Shown here: piece after piece, positions 54,677 through 63,815 of the stretch
Position numbering within the stretch: position 1 is the first letter of the stretch
Layout of the letters: every line of letters starts with the position of its first letter
Assembly: GCA_963787665.1 (NCBI GenBank)
Contig: CAWBDZ010000011.1
Coordinates: 910,774-974,773, forward strand
Length of the DNA: 64,000 bases
Reading direction: 5' to 3'
Origin: an uncultured Actinomycetota bacterium
Lineage (GTDB): Bacteria > Actinomycetota > Actinomycetes > Streptosporangiales > Streptosporangiaceae
Translations under genes and position numbers: made by a program
The notes under the pieces: generated by a model
What the model was told of the DNA's origin: nothing
The model's database searches: none
What the model saw: only the letters and a program-made list of their open reading frames with translations

Positions 54677-56577
54677 CGCGGCTCACGACGGCGCCTGTTT
54701 CGGTGGCGATCATCGGCCTGGGCTCGCGCGGGCTCAGCGTGCTCGAGCGGATCGTGACGCTTGCCCGGCTGGGCGGACTGGCGCCGGGCCAGGTCCAGGT
54801 CGAGGTCATCGACCCGGCCTGCACCGGCGCGGGTGTGCATGATCTCAGCCAGCCCGACTATCTCCTGCTCAACACCACTTGCTCGCAGGTTTCGATGTTT
54901 CCCGATTCGTGCACGGTGGGAGCAGACACCGGTTCGGCCGGGCCGAGCCTGCATGCCTGGGTTGCCGAGCGGGGACTCCGGCTGGCAGCAGACGGCTATA
55001 CGGTCGGCCAGACCGGCCGGCCGATCAGGCCGACCGACTTCCTGCCGCGCCGCCTGCTCGGCGAATATCTCAGCTGGTTCTTCGGCCAACTGCGCGCGCA
55101 GGCGGCCGGCCACGTACTGCTGAACATGCACGCAGCGACCGCGGTTGACCTTTCGCCTGCAGCTGACGACAGGCTGTTGGTCAGCTTGTCGGACGGCAGC
55201 TGCGTTCAGGCGAGCCAGGTGTTCCTCACCACCGGTTACACGCCGAACAGCACTGCGCGTGGTCGGTCCGCTCCTCCGCGCCTGATCGCTGAGCCGTACC
55301 CGTTGCCTGAGCGCCTTGCTGGCCTGGCAGCTGGCCAGCCGGTCGCCGTCGCCGGATTCGGCCTGTCGGCGATGGACGTGATGTCGTGCCTGACCGTCGG
55401 CCGTGGTGGTCGATTCGTCAACCGCGACGGCAGCCTTGAATACCTGCCAAGCGGGCACGAGCCCGCGCTGCTGATGTACTCGCGCTCTGGCATACCGTGC
55501 CGGGCCAGGCCGCAGGTTGTCGAGTTCGGGCCGAAGTATGAGCCGCTGGCTTTCACGTCGGCCGGCATCGATGCCGTGCGGGCCCGGCGGCGCGGCCCGC
55601 TCGATTTCGATGCTGACGTGCTGCCCCTGATTCTCGCTGAAATGCGGATCGCCTATCGCCGGTGCCAGGCGCGATGCGCGGGCGGCGACGCCGAGGTGGC
55701 TCTCGACCGAGCGCTCGGCCGGGCAAGTGGCGGTACGGACCTGGCCCGGCTGACGGCCGCGCTCGACGAGATGGACGCGCGGCTAGGGAGATTCGACGCG
55801 GCCGCCACATTAGACGGATCAGCCGGGATGGACCTGGCCGACGCGGCGGCCTATCAGCGCTGGCTGTCGGGCTATGTGTCGGCCGACCTGGCCGAGGGCC
55901 TGTCTGGATTCGCGGGCAGTCCGGTGAAGGCGGCCCTGGACGTGCTGCGGGAGCTGCGCGACACATTCCGGTACGCGGTGGACTTCGGCGGTCTGACGCC
56001 AGCGTCGCTCGACGAGTTCACCAGGCGCACGATACCGGCAGTGAACCGGGCGGTCGTCGGGCCACAATATGAGCGGCATCTTGAGCTCCTCGCGTTGCTA
56101 GCGGCTGGAGTTGCCCGCGTGCCGTTCGGCCCGGCACCTGAGGTAAGGCTGAATCGTGACGCGTGCCGCTGGACGATCCGCGCGACGCGGCTGCGCTCGG
56201 CGTACTCCGCCGAGGTTGACTGGCTCGTTGCAGCCCAGGTCCCGCTGCCGGCGGTTGCCTCATCTGCGAGCCCGCTGCTGGCCTCGCTGCATCGCAAAGG
56301 CTGGATCCGGCCGCACCGGGCGGATAGCACTCTGGTGCGCGGCATCGATATTGACCGCGACCAGCATCCCATTGACGCGGGCGGCGTCCCTGACCACCGG
56401 ATCTGGGTGCTGGGGCCGCTCTGCGAGGGAGCCACTTTCTACAACAACCTGGTCCCATCGCCGAAGATGGCATCGCGGCCGGTCTTCGACGCGCACCGTT
56501 GCGTGAATGCCATGCTCACGGCCAGCCAGTGGCAGCCCGACCGGAAGAGCGACGCGCTCCGCCAGCCCATCGGGTGA
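54673..56577 (+). CDS. FAD/NAD(P)-binding flavoprotein (PF13454-type; possible amine/aspartate N-oxygenase)
   Basis: 634 aa. N-terminal VAIIGLGSRGLSVLERIV dinucleotide fold and a second Rossmann segment VAVAGFGLSAMDV. ATGA overlap with the upstream ATP-grasp gene. Confidence 0.65.
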   Translation: MTRLTTAPVSVAIIGLGSRGLSVLERIVTLARLGGLAPGQVQVEVIDPACTGAGVHDLSQPDYLLLNTTCSQVSMFPDSCTVGADTGSAGPSLHAWVAERGLRLAADGYTVGQTGRPIRPTDFLPRRLLGEYLSWFFGQLRAQAAGHVLLNMHAATAVDLSPAADDRLLVSLSDGSCVQASQVFLTTGYTPNSTARGRSAPPRLIAEPYPLPERLAGLAAGQPVAVAGFGLSAMDVMSCLTVGRGGRFVNRDGSLEYLPSGHEPALLMYSRSGIPCRARPQVVEFGPKYEPLAFTSAGIDAVRARRRGPLDFDADVLPLILAEMRIAYRRCQARCAGGDAEVALDRALGRASGGTDLARLTAALDEMDARLGRFDAAATLDGSAGMDLADAAAYQRWLSGYVSADLAEGLSGFAGSPVKAALDVLRELRDTFRYAVDFGGLTPASLDEFTRRTIPAVNRAVVGPQYERHLELLALLAAGVARVPFGPAPEVRLNRDACRWTIRATRLRSAYSAEVDWLVAAQVPLPAVASSASPLLASLHRKGWIRPHRADSTLVRGIDIDRDQHPIDAGGVPDHRIWVLGPLCEGATFYNNLVPSPKMASRPVFDAHRCVNAMLTASQWQPDRKSDALRQPIG

Positions 56578-56586
56578 TGTCCGGGA

Positions 56587-56648
56587 CTGGCCACTGCCCT
56601 GCTGGCCACTGTCCCTGCTGGCCGCTGTCCCTGCTGGCAGCAGTCCTG
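56587..56648. repeat. 4 x 15-16-bp imperfect tandem repeat CTGGCCACTG(T)CCCTG
   Basis: Units at 56587, 56602, 56618 and 56634, in the gap between the flavoprotein stop (56577) and the HipA-like start (56696). Confidence 0.85.
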
Positions 56649-56695
56649 GCCGGCTGGCACCCGGCGTAAGCTGCGGCCTTGTGCTTCCCCAAGTG

Positions 56696-57517
56696 ATGGC
56701 GACCAGGTATGTGACGCCGCTGCGCGAGGGCGGGTCGCTGCCGGCGGTGATGGAAGCCGACGACCTTGGCACCTACGTGGTGAAGTTCCGCGGGGCTGGT
56801 CAGGGCTTGAAGGCCTTGATCGCGGAGATCATCTGTGCGGCACTGGCGCGAACCTGCGGCCTGCCGGTCCCAGATCTAGTCACGGTTGAGCTGGATCCGG
56901 CGATGGCGCCTGGGGAGCCGGACCAGGAGATCCAGGACCTGCTTCGGGCCAGCGGCGGCCTGAACCTGGGCGTGGACTTCCTGCCTGGTGCGCTGGACTT
57001 CGAGACTGGCGCCGAGACCGTGGCAGCTGGCCTTGCCGGGCAGATCATGTGGTTCGACGCCCTGGTCGGCAACGCTGACCGGTCGTGGCGTAATCCGAAC
57101 ATGCTGCTCTGGCACGGCAGGCTTTACCTGATCGACCACGGCGCGACGCTAACCTTCCAGCACCGGTGGGCCAGCGCGGCATCGGCGGCTGCCCGGCCCT
57201 ACGACGTTTCCGAGCATGCCCTGCTCGGCTGCGGGGCGCTGGTTGCCGACGCCGATGCCAGTCTTGCGCCGCGGCTCACCGAAGCGGCCTTGCGCTCGGC
57301 CGTGCACCAAGTGCCCGACGACTGGCTGACCGGAGAACCGGGCTTTGCCGATGCCGCGGCGCTGCGCAAGGCCTATGTCACGCAGCTGCGAGCGCGGCTA
57401 GCCGCCCGGCCCAGCTGGCTGCCGCCGCTGGCGGCGGCGGCGGAAGCTGGCCTGCGGGGCCCGGGCACCGGCCGGAGCGGCGGACCGGCCCGGCTGACTG
57501 GCGGAGCAGGCCTGTGA
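56696..57517 (+). CDS. HipA-like serine/threonine kinase-fold protein
   Basis: MATRYVTPLREGGSLPAVMEADDLGTYVVKFRGAGQG...FDALVGNADRSWRNPNMLLWHGRLYLIDHGA (kinase catalytic-loop/DxG-like). In-frame ATG 56696 preferred to the track start 56507. Confidence 0.6.
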   Translation: MATRYVTPLREGGSLPAVMEADDLGTYVVKFRGAGQGLKALIAEIICAALARTCGLPVPDLVTVELDPAMAPGEPDQEIQDLLRASGGLNLGVDFLPGALDFETGAETVAAGLAGQIMWFDALVGNADRSWRNPNMLLWHGRLYLIDHGATLTFQHRWASAASAAARPYDVSEHALLGCGALVADADASLAPRLTEAALRSAVHQVPDDWLTGEPGFADAAALRKAYVTQLRARLAARPSWLPPLAAAAEAGLRGPGTGRSGGPARLTGGAGL

Positions 57518-57906
57518 CCGGCCAGCATCCATTCGAATACGCGGTCCTGCGCGTTGTGCCGCGGGTCGACCGCGGCGAGGCGATGAACGCCGGAATACTC
57601 CTTTACTGTCGGCCGCTGCGCTACCTGAAGGCATGGATCGAGCTGGATACCGACCGTCTTCAGGCGCTCGACCCAGCCGCGGACGTCGACGGCATCGAGC
57701 GGGCGCTGGCCGGCATCGTCGCGGTCTGCTCGCAGGATCCGGCGGCTGGCCAGGCTGGGCTGCAGGACATCGGGCGCAGGTTCGGCTGGCTCACGGCGCC
57801 GCGCAGCACGGTGGTGCAACCGGGGCCCGTTCACACAGGGCTGACCAGCGACCCCGACGCCGCCGCAGAGAGCCTGTTGCGCGCGCTGGTACGGCGGCCT
57901 GGCTGA
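57514..57906 (+). CDS. DUF3037-like protein
   Basis: GTG 57514 overlaps (GTGA) the upstream stop. FEYAVLRVVPRVDRGEAMNAGILLYC resembles the DUF3037 N-terminal signature as I recall it. Confidence 0.5.
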   Translation: MTGQHPFEYAVLRVVPRVDRGEAMNAGILLYCRPLRYLKAWIELDTDRLQALDPAADVDGIERALAGIVAVCSQDPAAGQAGLQDIGRRFGWLTAPRSTVVQPGPVHTGLTSDPDAAAESLLRALVRRPG

Positions 57907-58111
57907 ACGGGACGCTAACCACCGCCTACCGAAGTCCGCAAGATGGGCGGCGACCTCGCAGTACAGCACCGCCCCATGGGCCAGGACCGAGGGCCGGCTC
58001 CGCGCGCGCATCGCTAAGCTTGGACAACGTAACGGCCCTGGCAGTCAGCGAGGTCAGCTCACTCGCTGACGGCTTTCCCCCGCCGGGGTGGGTGGAGGGG
58101 AGCAGGCTGCG

Positions 58112-59464
58112 ATGCAGGAAACGAGCGCGCCGGACAGAGGGCAGCCGGTAGCCAGGGTGCGCGGCGGCGGCGATCGCGAGCCACTGAAGGTGGCACTGCT
58201 CGGATGCGGAGTCGTCGGGTCGCAGGTGTACCGGCTGCTGACCGAGCAATCGGCCGACCTGAAGGCCAGAGCTGGCGCGCCGCTGGAAATCGTAGGCGTG
58301 GCAGTTCGGGATCTTGACGGGGCCCGTGCCGTGCCAGTGGCGCCCGGGTTGCTAACTACCGACGGCCTAGAGCTGGTAACCAGGCCGGACGTCGACATCG
58401 TGATCGAGCTGATTGGCGGCATCGAGCCCGCCAGGACGCTGCTGCTGGCGGCGCTCAGCGCGGGTAAGTCGGTCGTCACCGCCAACAAGGCGCTGGTTGC
58501 GTCGGATCGCGCCGTGCTGCACAAGACGGCGAGCCAGGCGGGCGCCGACCTGTACTACGAGGGCGCGGTGGCGGGGGCGATACCGCTGTTGCGCCCGCTA
58601 CGCGAGTCGCTGGCGGGCGACGAGGTCAAGCGGGTGCTTGGCATCGTCAACGGCACGACGAACTTCATTCTCGACAAGATGGATACATCCGGCGCGGACT
58701 TCAGCACCGCGCTGGCTGAGGCTCAAGCGCTGGGCTATGCCGAGGCTGACCCCACCGCGGACGTCGCTGGTTTCGATGCAGCGTCCAAGGCGGCCATCCT
58801 GGCCAGCATCGCGTTCCACACCGAGGTCACCGCCGACGACGTGTACAGGGAGGGCATCCTGTCGGTCACCGCGGCCGATATCGCCAGCGCGAGGGCCCTG
58901 GGCTGCGTGGTCAAGCTGCTGGCCATCTGTGAGCGGGCCAACGGCGGCATCTCGGCCAGAGTGCACCCGGCCATGATCCCGCGTACGCATCCGCTCGCGG
59001 CCGTGCGCGAGGCCTACAACGCAGTCTTTATCGAGGCGGAGTCGGCTGGCAGGCTTATGTTCTACGGGGCTGGGGCAGGCGGGCAGCCGACCGCCAGCGC
59101 TGTCCTCGGCGACATCGTCGCGATCGCCAGGAACCTGCTGGCCGGGCTGCGCGGTCCCGACTCCTCCACCTACGCGCAGCTGCCGCTGGTTCCGATCGGT
59201 GACGCCCGCACCAGCTACTACGTGCAGCTGGACGTGGCCGACCGGCCGGGCGTGCTGGCGCCGGTCGCGGATGCGTTCGCCCAGCAGGGCGTGTCGATAA
59301 AGGCGGTCAGGCAGGAAGGCCGGGGCGAGGACGCGAACCTCATCATCATGACGCACGTGGCCAGGGAGGCTGCGCTGGCCAAGACCGTGGCATTGCTCGG
59401 CGCGATGGAGGCGGTGCGGAACGTTGACAGCGTGATGCGCGTCGAGGCGCTGGAGGGCGAGTGA
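58112..59464 (+). CDS. hom: homoserine dehydrogenase
   Basis: [18 protein letters not shown] fold, [26 protein letters not shown], and a C-terminal ACT domain. ATG 58112 follows GGAGGGGAG. Confidence 0.9.
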   Translation: MQETSAPDRGQPVARVRGGGDREPLKVALLGCGVVGSQVYRLLTEQSADLKARAGAPLEIVGVAVRDLDGARAVPVAPGLLTTDGLELVTRPDVDIVIELIGGIEPARTLLLAALSAGKSVVTANKALVASDRAVLHKTASQAGADLYYEGAVAGAIPLLRPLRESLAGDEVKRVLGIVNGTTNFILDKMDTSGADFSTALAEAQALGYAEADPTADVAGFDAASKAAILASIAFHTEVTADDVYREGILSVTAADIASARALGCVVKLLAICERANGGISARVHPAMIPRTHPLAAVREAYNAVFIEAESAGRLMFYGAGAGGQPTASAVLGDIVAIARNLLAGLRGPDSSTYAQLPLVPIGDARTSYYVQLDVADRPGVLAPVADAFAQQGVSIKAVRQEGRGEDANLIIMTHVAREAALAKTVALLGAMEAVRNVDSVMRVEALEGE

Positions 59465-60537
59465 ACGGCGCGATGACCAGGTCCAAGCCCTGGCGGGGCG
59501 TCATCGCCGAGTACCGGTCCAGCCTCCCGGTCCCCGACGGGGTGCCGGTCGTCTCACTCGGTGAGGGCGGCACGCCGCTGCTGCCCGCGCCAGTGCTCTC
59601 GGAGCTGACCGGCTGCTCGGTGTACCTGAAGGTCGAAGGGATGAACCCCACCGGATCCTTCAAGGACCGAGGCATGACGGTGGCGGTCACGCTGGCGGCC
59701 AGCCGGGGGGCGACCACGGTGATCTGCGCGTCCACTGGCAACACCAGCGCGAGCGCGGCCGCTTACGCGGCCAGGGCCGGCCTCGCCTGCGCGGTACTTG
59801 TGCCCAAAGGCAGCGTGGCGGTTGGCAAGCTGGCCCAGGCGCTCGCCCACGGGGCGCGCTTGCTCCAGGTCGACGGCAACTTTGACGATTGCCTGGAGCT
59901 AGTACGGAAGATCGCGGCCGACTACCCTGTCGCGCTGGTGAACTCGGTGAATACCGAACGGCTGCAAGGCCAGAAGACGGCTTCGTTCGAGATCGTGGAC
60001 GCGCTCGGCGACGCTCCGGATGTGCATTGCCTCCCAGTGGGCAACGCGGGCAACATCGCCGCATACTGGCTCGGTTACCGTGAATACCAGGTCGATGGCA
60101 AGACCCCGAAGACGCCGCGAATGCTCGGCTTCCAGGCAGCAGGCGCCGCCCCGATCGTGGCCGGGCGCCCCGTGGTTGACCCCGTTACCATCGCCACGGC
60201 TATCAGGATTGGTAACCCGGCGTCATGGCATCTGGCCGAGGAAGCGCGCGCAGAATCCGGCGGGCTGATCGGCTCGGTGACCGACGAGCAGATCCTGGCT
60301 GCCTACCGGCTGCTCGCCCAGCGAGAAGGCGTGTTTGGCGAGCCCGCCTCGGCCGCCGGCGTGGCTGGCTTGCTGCAGGCGCGCGCCGAGGGCAGCGTTG
60401 CCGCCGGTTCAGTAGTTGTGTGCACCATCACCGGGCACGGGCTGAAGGACCCTGATACCGCGGTCGCGGGCGTGACCGTTCCGGCGACCGTAGCGGTCGA
60501 CGTAGGTGCGGCAGCGGCGGCGCTGAACTTGCGATGA
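59461..60537 (+). CDS. thrC: threonine synthase
   Basis: [17 protein letters not shown] (PLP Lys), [20 protein letters not shown]. 4-nt overlaps with hom and thrB. Confidence 0.9.
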   Translation: MNGAMTRSKPWRGVIAEYRSSLPVPDGVPVVSLGEGGTPLLPAPVLSELTGCSVYLKVEGMNPTGSFKDRGMTVAVTLAASRGATTVICASTGNTSASAAAYAARAGLACAVLVPKGSVAVGKLAQALAHGARLLQVDGNFDDCLELVRKIAADYPVALVNSVNTERLQGQKTASFEIVDALGDAPDVHCLPVGNAGNIAAYWLGYREYQVDGKTPKTPRMLGFQAAGAAPIVAGRPVVDPVTIATAIRIGNPASWHLAEEARAESGGLIGSVTDEQILAAYRLLAQREGVFGEPASAAGVAGLLQARAEGSVAAGSVVVCTITGHGLKDPDTAVAGVTVPATVAVDVGAAAAALNLR

Positions 60538-61553
60538 CCAATGGGGAGACCTGGCGCGACGGGCCCGTCACGATCCGTGTCCCAGCCACGAGCGCGAACC
60601 TCGGTCCCGGCTTCGACTCGCTGGGCCTGGCGCTGAGCCTGCACGACACCGTGCAAGCGCAGGTGCTGCCGGGTGGCCTCGATGTGCAGGTGGCCGGGGC
60701 AGGCGCCGGCGAGCTAGACCGCGGCGAGCGCCACCTAGTGGTTAGGGCCATGCGGGCGGCCTTCGCCGCGATCGGCGCTAAGCCGCCTGGCCTTTCGGTC
60801 CGCTGTCAGAACACGATCCCGCAGGGCTACGGCCTTGGCTCATCGGCGGCGGCGATCGTGGCGGGCCTGATCGCCGCTCGGACACTCGCCATCGGCGGCG
60901 AGAAGGCTGAGGTACTGCCGGACCAAGCGCTGTTCGAGTTGGCCTGCGAGCTGGAAGGCCATCCGGACAACGTGGCCGCGTGCCTATACGGCGGGCTAAC
61001 CGTCGCCTGGGAACCGGGCACCGACGGCAGCGGCAGCAGCAGTTTCAGCGGCCGCGGCGTCAGGGCCATAAGGCTGGTGCCGGTAGCCGGGCTCGCTCCG
61101 GTGCTCTGCATCCCGGCGGAGCCACTGCCGACGGTGGCAGCCCGGCAGGCGTTGCCCGCAGAGGTACCGCACGCCATCGCGGCAGACAACGCGGCCAGGG
61201 CGGCACTGCTGATCGCGGCCCTGACAGGCCGGCCGGACCTGCTGCTCGCGGGTACCGAGGACTTCCTGCACCAGCCTTATCGGGCCGCCTCGATGCCGGC
61301 CACCGCAGCGTTGATCGACCGATTGCGGGCGGCAGGGCTCGCGGCAGCCGTGTCGGGTGCCGGACCCGCCGTGCTGGTGCTCACCATGGCGGATCAGCGA
61401 CCCGGTGCCGCCGACGTGCGGACGCTCGCTGCGGAAACGGGTCCGGCCTGGCAGGTGCTGCCGCTGGCGGTTGACGCGGTCGGCGCAACTGTGCTGTCCG
61501 GTCCCGCAGGCCCCGGTCCCGCTCACGGCGCCAGCGGTCCCCCTCTCATCTGA
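60534..61553 (+). CDS. thrB: homoserine kinase
   Basis: [16 protein letters not shown] and GHMP motif [17 protein letters not shown]. Confidence 0.9.
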   Translation: MTNGETWRDGPVTIRVPATSANLGPGFDSLGLALSLHDTVQAQVLPGGLDVQVAGAGAGELDRGERHLVVRAMRAAFAAIGAKPPGLSVRCQNTIPQGYGLGSSAAAIVAGLIAARTLAIGGEKAEVLPDQALFELACELEGHPDNVAACLYGGLTVAWEPGTDGSGSSSFSGRGVRAIRLVPVAGLAPVLCIPAEPLPTVAARQALPAEVPHAIAADNAARAALLIAALTGRPDLLLAGTEDFLHQPYRAASMPATAALIDRLRAAGLAAAVSGAGPAVLVLTMADQRPGAADVRTLAAETGPAWQVLPLAVDAVGATVLSGPAGPGPAHGASGPPLI

Positions 61554-61627
61554 CAGCTTCTGTCGGCGGACGGCCATTGCGGCAGTCTCCCGCGTCAGTG
61601 GCAGCCGCCAGCCGCGATGATGGCGTC

Positions 61628-62926
61628 ATGTCTGCCAGTGGGCCGCACGGTACGGACGGCGCCGCCGCGCCACCTGAGCCAGCTCCACGGGTGTCGATCC
61701 CGGTTATCGCGCGCGAGTGGGGCCGGATCGGCATCACCGGCTTCGGCGGCCCGCCTGCCCACATTGCCCTGCTGCGAGAGCTTTGCGTGCGGCGCCATCA
61801 CTGGCTGGCAGAATCCGAGTTCGAGGACGGCATAGCGGCCACGTCCCTGCTGCCCGGGCCAGCCTCGACTCAGCTGGCGATCTTCTGCGCCTGGCGGCTG
61901 GCCGGCCCGCTGGGCGCGATCGTCGGCGGGCTGTGCTTCATCCTTCCCGGCCTGGTCATCATCCTTGGCCTGTCGGTGCTGTTCCTGGCGAAGTCACCGC
62001 CGGCCTGGGTGCGCGGGGCGGCAGCCGGAGCGGGCGCGGCGGTTCCCGCCGTCGCGATCAGCGCGGCAGTCGCGCTCATGCCCGCGAGCTGGCGGCGTGC
62101 CGGGCCGGTCTCGACGGCGCGATCCCGGTGGATTTGTTATCTGCTGGCCGGGGGCGTCGCGGCGAACCTGGCCGGCGAGTTCCTTGTCGCTGTGCTGCTG
62201 GCTTGCGGCCTGGCGGAATGGCTGGCCAGCCGCTCGTCGCCGTCCGCCAAGGCCAGGGCCAGTGGCGCTCCAGGCGCGGCCGAGCAGGCTGGCCAGTCCG
62301 ATACCGGGCCGGACAGCGGCGACGGCAGCGGCCGCGCCAGCGGGCGCATCGGCGGATTGCTGCTGCCACTGGCCGCGGGTGGCGCAGTAACCGCTGGCGT
62401 GTTCGGCTCGCTTGCCTGGGTCGCGATTAAGGTCGGAGCGCTGTCGTTCGGGGGCGGATTCGTGATCATCCCGCTGATGCAGCACGACGCTGTCCACACC
62501 TACCACTGGATGACCACCGCGCAATTCCTGAGCGCGGTGGCGCTCGGCCAGGTGACGCCCGGTCCCGTGGTGCAGACCGTGGCCGTGGTCGGCTATGCGG
62601 CCGCCGGACTGGCTGGCGGGCTGCTCGCCGCGGCCATCGCGTTCGCGCCGTCCTTTGTGTTCGTGCTGGCGGGCGGCCCGCGGTTCGACCGCTTCCGGCG
62701 TAGCGCGGCTGCTCAGGCGTTCCTTAGCGGCGCGGGCCCGGCAGCGGTCGGCGCGATCGCGGGCGCCGCCGTCACCTTGGGCCTGGGGCTGACCCAGCTT
62801 TGGCAGGTGGTAGTGCTGGCAGCTGTTGCGTGCTGGCTGCTACTGCTGCGGCGCGGTGTGGTCACCGCGATTCTGACGGCCGCCGGCATCGGCACCATCG
62901 TCGCGCTCGCCGGCGGCCTCACCTAG
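61628..62926 (+). CDS. chrA: chromate transporter (ChrA, two CHR domains)
   Basis: IGITGFGGPPAHIALLRE...LLPGPASTQL in the first half and SFGGGFVIIPLM...LGQVTPGPVV in the second. A TTG start at 61577 is also possible. Confidence 0.8.
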   Translation: MSASGPHGTDGAAAPPEPAPRVSIPVIAREWGRIGITGFGGPPAHIALLRELCVRRHHWLAESEFEDGIAATSLLPGPASTQLAIFCAWRLAGPLGAIVGGLCFILPGLVIILGLSVLFLAKSPPAWVRGAAAGAGAAVPAVAISAAVALMPASWRRAGPVSTARSRWICYLLAGGVAANLAGEFLVAVLLACGLAEWLASRSSPSAKARASGAPGAAEQAGQSDTGPDSGDGSGRASGRIGGLLLPLAAGGAVTAGVFGSLAWVAIKVGALSFGGGFVIIPLMQHDAVHTYHWMTTAQFLSAVALGQVTPGPVVQTVAVVGYAAAGLAGGLLAAAIAFAPSFVFVLAGGPRFDRFRRSAAAQAFLSGAGPAAVGAIAGAAVTLGLGLTQLWQVVVLAAVACWLLLLRRGVVTAILTAAGIGTIVALAGGLT

Positions 62927-63023
62927 GGCCGACTCTCCACACCGAAATTCCACGGCTGCGGCGGGTACGAGTCCGACAAATAGGGCGCTCAACGCCGCCG
63001 CCGGCGTGGAAAGTGGGAAATGA

Positions 63024-63710
63024 TCATGCTTCATACTCGTCGTGCAGACGCAGCCAGCTCATCGTCGGATCCTGCGGCCAGCCGTCGGGGGAATCCTCCC
63101 ATTGCTCCTGCCGACCGTACGGCGTCAGGTCTAGCAGGTTGAAGTCGAGCCTGAGCCGGTCAACCCCGCGTGCCGTGGTGAAGTAGGTGCGGAACACCTC
63201 ATCACCGTCCCGTAGCAGCACGCTGAGCCCGAAGGCGCTCAGGCCCATGTCGTCGTTGAAGTCGGTGCCGTCGCAGGAGTACCACGGCACGCCCCAGCCC
63301 ATTCGCTGGCGAAGCGGCTGGATCTCCCGCTGCGGCGCCGGCGCCATCAGGATCAGCCGGGTATTGCGCGCGCTGAGGTGCGGCTGCGCCTGGTTGTCCA
63401 GGTTGTCGGTGAAAGTGCAGCAGCCCCCGCACAGCCAATCCTGCCCGGGTTCGAGCATGAAGTGGTAGATGATCAGTTGCCGGTGGCCGTCGAACAGGTC
63501 CGCCAGTCCGACCTGGCTGCCGTCTGGCGCGGTGAACCGGTATTTGGCGGTGTCGAGTGCCACCATCGGCATCCTGCGCCGCTGCGCCGCGAGCGCGTCC
63601 AGCGCACGGGTGTGCTCCTTCTCCTTTACTAGCAGGGCCGAGCTGGCGGCTTGCCACTCCGCCGCCGAGACGACCGGTGGCCTGGTCATGCTGGTCGCGT
63701 GCTCGCTCAT
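63024..63710 (-). CDS. DUF899 thioredoxin-like protein
   Basis: 228 aa. WQAASSALLVKEKEHTRALDALAAQRRRMPMV and LIIYHFM...CGGCC are typical of DUF899. Confidence 0.7.
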   Translation of the reverse strand: MSEHATSMTRPPVVSAAEWQAASSALLVKEKEHTRALDALAAQRRRMPMVALDTAKYRFTAPDGSQVGLADLFDGHRQLIIYHFMLEPGQDWLCGGCCTFTDNLDNQAQPHLSARNTRLILMAPAPQREIQPLRQRMGWGVPWYSCDGTDFNDDMGLSAFGLSVLLRDGDEVFRTYFTTARGVDRLRLDFNLLDLTPYGRQEQWEDSPDGWPQDPTMSWLRLHDEYEA

Positions 63711-63746
63711 GGTGCTGTCTCCTTGGTCATAGTGCTCGCCCCCAGA

Positions 63747-63793
63747 GTTCCTTCAGGGAACCGACGCTACCACGGTTAGTTTCTTCAGGGAAC
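63747..63793. promoter_or_regulatory. two 15-bp palindromic boxes GTTCCTTCAGGGAAC / GTTTCTTCAGGGAAC, 32 bp apart
   Basis: Boxes at 63747-63761 and 63779-63793, in the DUF899/HxlR divergent promoter region. Confidence 0.45.
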
Positions 63794-63815
63794 CCAATGC
63801 GGTAGACTCGCTCAA

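Noticed and set aside
38060-57906. Interpreting the cluster as a mobile genomic island
   Set aside because: No integrase, transposase, flanking tRNA or terminal direct repeats are visible. Coding-region GC and codon usage look like the rest of the window. Only the internal spacer is AT-richer.
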